A DNA stretch of 64,000 nt from an uncultured Planctomycetota bacterium (GTDB taxonomy: Bacteria; Planctomycetota; Planctomycetia; Gemmatales; Gemmataceae), in NCBI GenBank assembly GCA_963849325.1, contig CAWKHF010000006.1:480001-544000 (forward strand). Reading direction: 5' to 3'. Positions 56,576-64,000 of this stretch are shown here, one piece after another. The translations under genes and the position numbers were made by a program. Each line of letters begins with the position of its first letter. Position 1 is the first letter of the stretch. The notes below the pieces were generated by a model. That model worked only from the letters and a program-made list of their open reading frames with translations. It ran no database searches and was not told the DNA's origin.

Positions 56576-58567
56576 TTAGCGCGTTGACGATCCTTGCCGG
56601 GACAGGGCGGCGACGATGGCCTCGACGTCGTAGACGCAGCCGCCCCAGGTGCCGCCGCTGACGCGCTGCAAGGCCGCCCACAGCCGCGTGTCGTCCGGCA
56701 AGTTCGGGTCCGGCGCGCAGGTCCGGCCGCGGCGGCCGGCGTGCCAGCACGCACGCCCCTTCCTCGGCGCCGAACCGCGTCTCGCCCTCGCCGACGAGAT
56801 CGACGCTGCCTTCCAGGCGGTTGCGGTCGATGACGATGCGGATGCGGTCGCCGTCGCGGACCTTGCCGATCGGGCCGCCGGCCAGCGCTTCCGGCCCGAC
56901 GTGGCCGATGCACGCTCCCGTCGAGACGCCGGAGAAGCGCGCGTCGGTCAGCACGGCGACCTGCTTGCCGAAGCTCAGATGCTTCAGGGCCGAAGTGATC
57001 TGGTAAATCTCCTCCATGCCGGCCCCCATCGGCCCGCGGCAGATCAGCACGAGCACGTCGCCGGGCCGGATGGCGTCGGGTCCGTGGCCCTTGATGGCGG
57101 CGATGGCGGCCTTCTCGCTGGTGAAGACGCGCGCCGGGCCGATCTTGCGATACACGCCGTCGGCATCGACCACGCTCGGGTCGATGGCCGTGCTCTTGAT
57201 GACCGAGCCTTCCGGCGCCAGGTTGCCGCGCGGAAACGTCACGGTCGAGGTCAGGCCGCGCGCGCGGGCCTGCTCGGGACTCATGATGACGTCGATCGGG
57301 ATCGACGCCGTCCTTGCGGCGCAGCACCTCGCGCAGACGCTGCCGGCGCTCGGAGTGCTCCCACCAGTCGAGGACGCGGCCGAGCGGTTCGCCGCTGACG
57401 GTCAGGCAGTTGACGTCGAGCAGGCCGAGGCGGCGCAGGTGCAGCATGACCTCGGGCACGCCGCCGGCGAGGAAGACGCGCACCGTCGGATGGCCGACCG
57501 GCCCGTTCGGCAGGGCATCGACCAGGCGCGGCACGCGGCGGTTGACGTCGATCCAGTCCTCGACCGTCGGCCGGCGCAGGCCGGCGTGATAGGCGATGGC
57601 GGGGACGTGCAGCAGCAGGTTCGTCGAGCCGCCGAACGCCGCGTGGACGGCCATCGCATTGCGCACGGCGGCGTCGGTGAGGATGTGGCGGGTGTGGATC
57701 TGTCGCGTCTGCAGATGAGCGACGGCACGGGCGGAGCGGCGGGCCATGTCGAGCCAGATCGGCTGGCCCGACGGCGCGAGGGCGGCGTGCGGCAGCGCCA
57801 GGCCCAGCGCCTCGCCGACGACCTGCGCCGTGGCCGCGGTGCCGAGGAACTGGCAGCCGCCGCCCGGCGAGGCGCAGGCGCGGCAGCCCAGCTCCGCCGC
57901 TTCCTGCAAGCTGATCTGGCCGTGCGCGAAGCGGGCGCCGATGCGTCTGGATCTTGCCGGCGTCCTCGCCCTGCTCCGGCGGCAGCGTCACGCCGCCGGG
58001 CACGAGCACGCACGGCAGATCGTGCATCGCCGCCAGGGCCATCATCATCGCCGGCAGGCCCTTGTCGCAGGTGGCCACGCCGAGGACGCCGCGCCGCGTC
58101 GGCAGCGAGCGGATCAGCCGGCGCAGCACCATCGCCGCGTCGTTGCGGTAGGGCAGGCTGTCCATCATGCCGGCGGTGCCCTGCGTGCGGCCGTCGCAGG
58201 GATCGGTGCAGAAGCCGGCGAAGGGGACGCAGCCCAGCGTCCGCAGCTCCTCCGCGGCCGCCTTCATGAGCAGGCCGACTTCCCAGTGGCCGGTGTGATA
58301 GCCCAGCGCGATCGGCGTGCCGTCGGCGGCGCGGATGCCGCCGGACGTGCTGAGGATCAGGAACTCGCGGCGGCCCAGCTCCGCCGGCTTCCAGCCCATG
58401 CCGACGTCCTGCGTCCAGCCGAACAGGTCGCCGCTGGGCGCCTCGCGCAGCAGCTCCTCGGTCAGCGGCAGGCTGCCGGCGGGGCCGGCGGCGCTGGTTT
58501 GCACGTCGAAGAGGGAGGGATCGGACTCGACGAGAGTGGTGAAATCCACGGTGGATGGGAATGACAT
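56576..58567 (-). CDS. YjhG/YagF-family (IlvD/Edd) sugar-acid dehydratase, probably D-xylonate (frameshifted)
   Basis: [49 protein letters not shown]. Confidence 0.92.
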
Positions 58568-58847
58568 GCGGGGTCTCGATTACGGTGTGTCCGGGCGGAT
58601 GGTGGTGAGCGCTGTCGCGGCGCAAGTTACCCCTATCATACCGCAAGTGTTGCCCAAACCGACCCTCGTCGGCAAGAAGGACAGGATGACGTCATTCGTG
58701 GCGTGAGAAAAAAAACTTGTTCCTCGGTAATGCCGGGTTAGAATCAGGCGCGGCGGACGCCCTGGCGGCGATGGTCGCCGAGACCGAGAATCCCCGAATC
58801 CGCTGGTGCGTTGTTCTCTCGCTGCCTTCCTTTGACGAGGATCATCC

Positions 58848-59723
58848 ATGACCAGCCGTGCCCTGAAAGAGTATCGCTACGAGAAACTGACCTGGCCGGA
58901 GATCAACGACGCCGTCGAGCTGGGCAAGGTGTGCATCGTGCCGTGCGGCGCCGTCGAGCAGCACGGGCCGCACCTGCCGCTCGACGTGGACCTCATCTGC
59001 CCCACCGAGATCGCCCGCGGCGCCGGTCGGGCCGTGCCCGACAAAATGCTCGTGCTGCCGACCGTCTGCTACGGCTACACCGGCCACGTCATGGACTTCC
59101 CCGGCACGATCAACAACGACTTCGAGCACTTCATGCATCACGTGCTCGACATCACCAAGTCGCTCGCCTATCACGGCTTCAAGAAGATCGTGCTGCTCAA
59201 CGGCCACGGCTCCAACATGCCCAACCTCGACCTGGTGGCCCGCCGCACCAACCTGGAGACCGACGCCGAGTGCATCCTGGCGGGCTGGTGGAACCTGCTG
59301 ACGGTGGACAAGGAGTTCCTGCCGCGCTGGCGGCAGAGCAAGTTCCCCGGCGGCTGCGCCCACGCCTGCGAGCTGGAAACGTCGCTGTACCTCTACCTCG
59401 ACGGCGACAACGTGCGCAAGGACCAGATCAAGAACGGCGTCATCAGCTTCAACGAGGAGCACAGCCCGTTCAACTGGGTCGATCTGTTCGCGGCGGGCCC
59501 GGCGACGGTCATCTCGTGGACCAGCAGCTATTCCGACACCGGCGTGCTCGGCGAGGCGGAGCTGGCCACGGCCGAGAAGGGCAAGCAGGCCTACGAGGAG
59601 GCGGTCAAGCAACTGGTGCGTTTCGTCACCTGGTTCAAGGACCGGCCCAAGGACCAGCGCAAGGACCGCCACGCCAAGCCGCCGACCATGCCGATCCCCT
59701 GGGGGCAACGGCCGCTGCGCTAA
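58848..59723 (+). CDS. Creatininase family amidohydrolase
   Basis: GAVEQHGPHLPLDVD, FPGT, NGHGSN, HACELETS. Confidence 0.93.
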   Translation: MTSRALKEYRYEKLTWPEINDAVELGKVCIVPCGAVEQHGPHLPLDVDLICPTEIARGAGRAVPDKMLVLPTVCYGYTGHVMDFPGTINNDFEHFMHHVLDITKSLAYHGFKKIVLLNGHGSNMPNLDLVARRTNLETDAECILAGWWNLLTVDKEFLPRWRQSKFPGGCAHACELETSLYLYLDGDNVRKDQIKNGVISFNEEHSPFNWVDLFAAGPATVISWTSSYSDTGVLGEAELATAEKGKQAYEEAVKQLVRFVTWFKDRPKDQRKDRHAKPPTMPIPWGQRPLR

Positions 59724-59747
59724 GAGCCACTAACTAATGCACTTTGA

Positions 59748-59830
59748 ACCACGGATAACACGGATACCACGGATAAAACAAAAGAAGGATGCTGATTTTC
59801 TTTATCCGTGTTATCCGTGTTATCCGTGGT
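59748..59830. repeat. Palindromic tandem nonamer element (CACGGATAA)x3 ... (TTATCCGTG)x3
   Basis: Read directly; same architecture as the heptamer elements. Confidence 0.9.
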
Positions 59831-59881
59831 CAAAATTGCATTTGGTTAGTGCCTCGAAGCCGCGAGCGGCGCGACACGAAC

Positions 59882-60562
59882 ATGACCGAAATCGCCATCC
59901 ACGTCCGCGATTTGGCCAAGTCCTACGGGACGGCCTCCGCCCCCGTGCATGCGCTGCGCGGTGTATCGCTGGAGATGCGCCGGGGCGAGAAAGTGGCCCT
60001 GCTGGGCAAATCCGGCTCCGGCAAATCGACGCTCCTGAACCTCGTGGGCGGACTCGATCGCCCCTCGTCGGGCCGCATCGAGGTCCACGGCCGCGACCTC
60101 GGCCGCATGAGCCGCAACCAACTGGCCCGCCATCGGCTGGAGACGGTCGGCATGATCTTCCAGTCGTTCAACCTCATCCCCTCGCGCACGGCCTGGCAAA
60201 ACGTCGAGTTGCCGATGCTGTTCGCGGCCCGGGCGCCGGCCGAGCGGCGGACGGCGGCGCGGCAAGCCCTCGAAGCGGTCGGGCTGGGAGAGCGGTTGAA
60301 CCATCGGCCGGGCGAGCTGTCCGGCGGCGAACATCAGCGCGTGGCCATCGCCCGCGCCCTGGTCAATCGGCCGAGCATCCTGCTGGCCGACGAGCCGACG
60401 GGCAACCTCGATTCCGCCACGGCCGGCGAAGTCCTGGACGTGCTCATTGCCCACGTTCGCCAGCAGGATACCACGCTCGTCCTGGTAACGCACGATGAGG
60501 AGCTGGCCCGTCGCTGCGCCGACCGTATCGTGTGGCTGAAGGATGGACAGATGGCCGGCTGA
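59882..60562 (+). CDS. ABC transporter ATP-binding protein (LolD/MacB type)
   Basis: GKSGSGKST, LSGGE, LLADEPTGNLD, VTHD. Confidence 0.95.
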   Translation: MTEIAIHVRDLAKSYGTASAPVHALRGVSLEMRRGEKVALLGKSGSGKSTLLNLVGGLDRPSSGRIEVHGRDLGRMSRNQLARHRLETVGMIFQSFNLIPSRTAWQNVELPMLFAARAPAERRTAARQALEAVGLGERLNHRPGELSGGEHQRVAIARALVNRPSILLADEPTGNLDSATAGEVLDVLIAHVRQQDTTLVLVTHDEELARRCADRIVWLKDGQMAG

Positions 60563-60581
60563 TCCTTCGAGGAGAATAAAC

Positions 60582-62139
60582 GTGCGTTTCGCCAACGTCG
60601 TGGGCCTGGCCCTCTCGGCCCTGTATCAGCAGAAGGTGCGCACGGCGCTGACAATGCTCGGCGTAGTCATCGGCGCGCTGGTGCTGCTGTTGAGCCTGTC
60701 GGTCGGCCAGGGCGTGCGCGAGGTCATCGCCACCGCCTGGCGCCGCAACGACCAGCTACGGCAGATCAACGTCCGATCCAGCTTCCGAACCCCAGCGGAA
60801 AACATCCCCGCGGAAGAGATCGCGGTCAAGGGCCAGATGAGCGACGCCCGCCACGAACGCTTGCGGCAGGCGCTCATCCGTCACTGGCAGGGCAGCCCCA
60901 AACAAGACACGGCCAAGCGCCTTACACCCGAACGGCTCCAGGAACTGGCGGCCCTCGACCACGTTGAGTCGATCGTGCCCGATATCTACCTCCTCGGCCG
61001 TGTCCACTTCCACGAGAAGGACTGTCCCGGCAGCACCTTCGCAGTGGATGCGAACGATACGTATGTCCGTCAGAGACTCGTGGCCGGTTCCCTCTTCACG
61101 GCGGATCAGCCGCGCGGCGCGGTGGTGACCGAATACTTGCTCTACCAGCTTGGCGTGATCGACGAGGCGGACATGGAAGGCGTTGTCGGGCAAACGCTGC
61201 GTCTGAAGTTCTCCTCGCAGCCGTACCGTTTTAACAACCTGATGTGGCTGCTGACCGGCGATGCGTCCCGCTTGACGCCGGCCGAGGATGAGGTGCTCGA
61301 CAAGGTTGTTCGGCAGTTGCCCGCGGCCGTCGCTCGTTTCGATCTGACGGAGGCGGACAAGGGAACCCTGACGAAACTGCTCCAGCGTCGGCAGACGAAA
61401 CGCAAGACCTCCCCCCCGATCTATTTCTCGGAAGAGTTCACCATCACCGGCGTTGTCCGCGTCGCCACGCCCGAGGAGATACGCGGTTCGCTGCAATGGA
61501 TGAAAGATCACTCCGATGTTTTTCTGCCCGCCACCACGGCGGCGGAGTTGTATTTCCGCATCCCGGACAACCGCGAAGTCGGCGTGAATTCGGCCATCGG
61601 TGCGCGTGGACAGCGAGGACAACGTCAAGGAGGTGGACGGTCGCATCGCCGACATGGGCCTGGAATCGTATGCGCCGATCAAAATACTGGAGCAGGTGCG
61701 CTTCAATGCTCTGATGATCTCACTGACGATGAGTTTCGTCGCCCTGGTGGCGCTGGTGGTGGCGGGCCTGGGCATCGCCAATACGCTGCTGATGAGCGTG
61801 CTGGAGCGGACCCACGAAATCGGCGTCATGAAGGCCGTGGGAGCGCGCGACCGGCACATTCAGATGCTGTTTCTGGTGGAGGGCGCGTTGATCGGATTGG
61901 CCGGGAGTGGGCTGGGATTGCTGAGCGCCTGGCTGGTGTCGTATCCGCTGGACCGCCTGGCGCGACGGCTGGCCGAGCAGCAGGCGCAAACGCCGTTGTC
62001 GCAATCGTTCTTCGTCTTCCCGTGGTGGCTGTTGCTGGCCGTGCCGCTGTTCGTGACGATGCTGACCATGCTAGCGGCGCTGTATCCGGCCCGTCGCGCC
62101 GCCCGCGTCAATCCGATGACGGCGTTGCGGCACGAGTGA
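60582..62139 (+). CDS. ABC transporter permease, MacB/FtsX type (frameshift ~61598)
   Basis: RTALTMLGVVIG, SVLERTHEIGVMKAVGA, YPARRAARVNP. Confidence 0.92.
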
Positions 62140-62212
62140 GAACAAATCGCGTTGTTCGCCGGATCGCCGCACCGTTATAGTACAGGGCAGACTTCCGTTC
62201 GGGGGATGGCTC

Positions 62213-63945
62213 ATGGCCCGCTCGTCCGCAACACCACTGCAGTGGCAGGTCGCCCGAGTACGGCGGCGCCTGTTCGGACAAATGCTCCTCGAAACGCTGG
62301 TGTGGAGTTGGGTCGGTGCCCTGGCGCTGGCGGCCGGCTGGTTCCTCACCGAGCCGTATGTCCACGCCGACGCGGCGCCCTGGCTGCGCTGGGCGGTGGG
62401 CGGTGGTCTCGCCGGCGCGGGCATGGTGCTCGCCATCGTGCTCGCCGTGAGGAAAACGCCTTCGCATGTCGCCGCCGCCCTGGCACTGGACGAACGCTTC
62501 CACCTCCAGGAGCGCGTGACGACGGCTTTGACATTGTCGGAAGCAGAACAGGCGTCCCCTGCAGGTCAGGCTCTCCTTGCCGATGTCAACTCCCGTGTGG
62601 TGGCGCTCCGCATTGGTGATCGCTTCCCCCTGCGCATCCCCCGGTCGGCTGGCCTGGTGCCTTTGGCTGTCCTGCTGTTGGTGGGGCTGGCTTTCTTCTA
62701 CAAGCCGGTCCTCAACCCGGCGCAGGCCGACACGGACCAAGCGCTGACAGACAGTCCGGCCGCCAGGGCAGAGATCGAGAAGGCACTGCGTCCGTTGCAC
62801 AAGAAGCCGATGAAGAAGATCGATCCGCGTCCCACGTCCGAGGAACTGCAGCGGCTGGAGGCCGAACTGGATCGACTGGCGCGGAAGCCGCACGACACGA
62901 AAGAACAGGCCCGCGAACTGGTCAAGGACCTCACCAACGCCGAAGACGAGGTCCGCAAGCGCGAGAAGCAGTTGGCCGACCGCGCCGACGCCCTCAAGGA
63001 GCAGATGAAACAGGCCGAACGCCTCCGCAAGAAGGACAAGAGCGATGGACCCGCTCGCAAGCTGGACAAGGCGCTCGACCAGGCCGAGTTCAAAAAGGCC
63101 CGCGAAGAAATGGAACGCCTGGGCAAACAACTGCAAGCCGACGAAGAAGTGGCCCGCCTTCGGAAAAAGATGCGGGAGGACAAGCTGACCGAGGAACAGA
63201 AGCAGGAGATGCGCGAACAGCTGGAAAAACTCAAGGACCAGGAGCTGAGCCGCCAGCAGAAGGAACAACTGGAGCAACAACTGCACGACATCCAGGACAA
63301 GCTGGAACGACTGACGCGGTCGGAGGAGGCGAAGGAACGTCTCTGCGAACTGCAGCGCCAGGGGGCCATCAGCAAGGAAGAACTCGACCGCGAACTGGAT
63401 CAGTTGGAGAAAAACACGGCCAAGCTCGACCCCGAGACCTTGCAACAGTTGAACGACTTGGCCAAAAAGCTCGGCGAGTGTCAGCAGTGCATGAAGGAAG
63501 GCAAGGAGGGCGAAGCCGCTCAAAAGCTCGCCGAGGCCGCCGAGAAGCTGGCCAAGCTCGATCCCAACGGCGAGCACAAGGAGCTGCGGGAACAACTCAA
63601 ACAATTACAGGCGGCCCGGCAAGCGGTCTGCCAGGCGCTGGACGGCAAGCCGGTGCCGGGCGTCGGCCAACGGCCCGAGTCCAAAGAGGGGCCGACCGCA
63701 TCCAGGGAAGAATGGGCCCACTCGCCGATGGGCAAGGGACGTTTGCAGGTCATCGATCACGTGCCCGGCGACGGCTTCAAGGGACCACGCCAGCCCGCCG
63801 AGATGACGGAAGAGATTCGCCGAGCATCGCAAGAAGAACCCGAAGCGATCGACCGCCAGCGTCTGCCGCGCTCCGCCAGCGACATGGTCGCGGTTACTTC
63901 GAGAAGCTGCGCGGCCCGGATCGAAAGGGCAAGAAGAATCCTTAG
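62213..63945 (+). CDS. Membrane-anchored long coiled-coil protein (absent from the ORF track; frameshift ~63890)
   Basis: MARSSATPLQWQVARVRRRL, TM helices, LDERFHLQERVTTA, E/K/Q-rich heptads, ends GYFEKL...KNP*. Confidence 0.85.
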
Positions 63946-63965
63946 GGCGCGTCCAGGAATAACTT

Positions 63966-64000
63966 CGTTTAGCCGCGACGCGCAGCGGAGCGCGCTCCGC
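63966..64000. repeat. REP/REPIN-like palindrome, family C (cut by the window end)
   Basis: Same arm as 14314 and 37223; left flank GTCCAG...AACTTC shared with the 14314 copy. Confidence 0.88.

Overview
GC-rich bacterial DNA, very probably Planctomycetota (Gemmataceae-like), inferred from the DUF1549/DUF1553 cytochrome plus DUF1501 pair, an alpha2-type GlyRS and the palindromic repeats. Dozens of single-base frameshifts, even in glyQS, suggest an unpolished long-read assembly, so split ORFs are merged here and frameshift positions are approximate. 1-19.4 kb is a polysaccharide/glycoconjugate locus (10 GT2/GT4 genes, Wzy/ligase-like, GT-C, beta-helix protein, methyltransferase). It is followed by cysC, DUF1553/DUF1501, glyQS, comB-like, ptsI, a Ser/Thr kinase, and a lutABC operon split by two opposite-strand inserts (a copper amine oxidase with a non-canonical TPQ motif; a DNA methyltransferase plus putative endonuclease). 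Further on are an Rpn-like gene, vapBC, thiC with a TPP riboswitch, a TolC-like gene, a YjhG/YagF dehydratase, a creatininase-family gene and an ABC exporter. Best novelty candidate (53.7-55.0 kb): integron-like attC cassettes with no integrase in the window, one starting exactly at the recombination core with the last residues of a Hint domain (SGILVHN) fused to a putative toxin tip plus immunity gene, hinting at attC-mediated polymorphic-toxin shuffling. Other highlights: a ~76-nt candidate sRNA with GGA-loop hairpins, and palindromic repeat families that supply stop codons or sit in-frame in a protein. All family calls come from motif recognition by eye; no searches were run.
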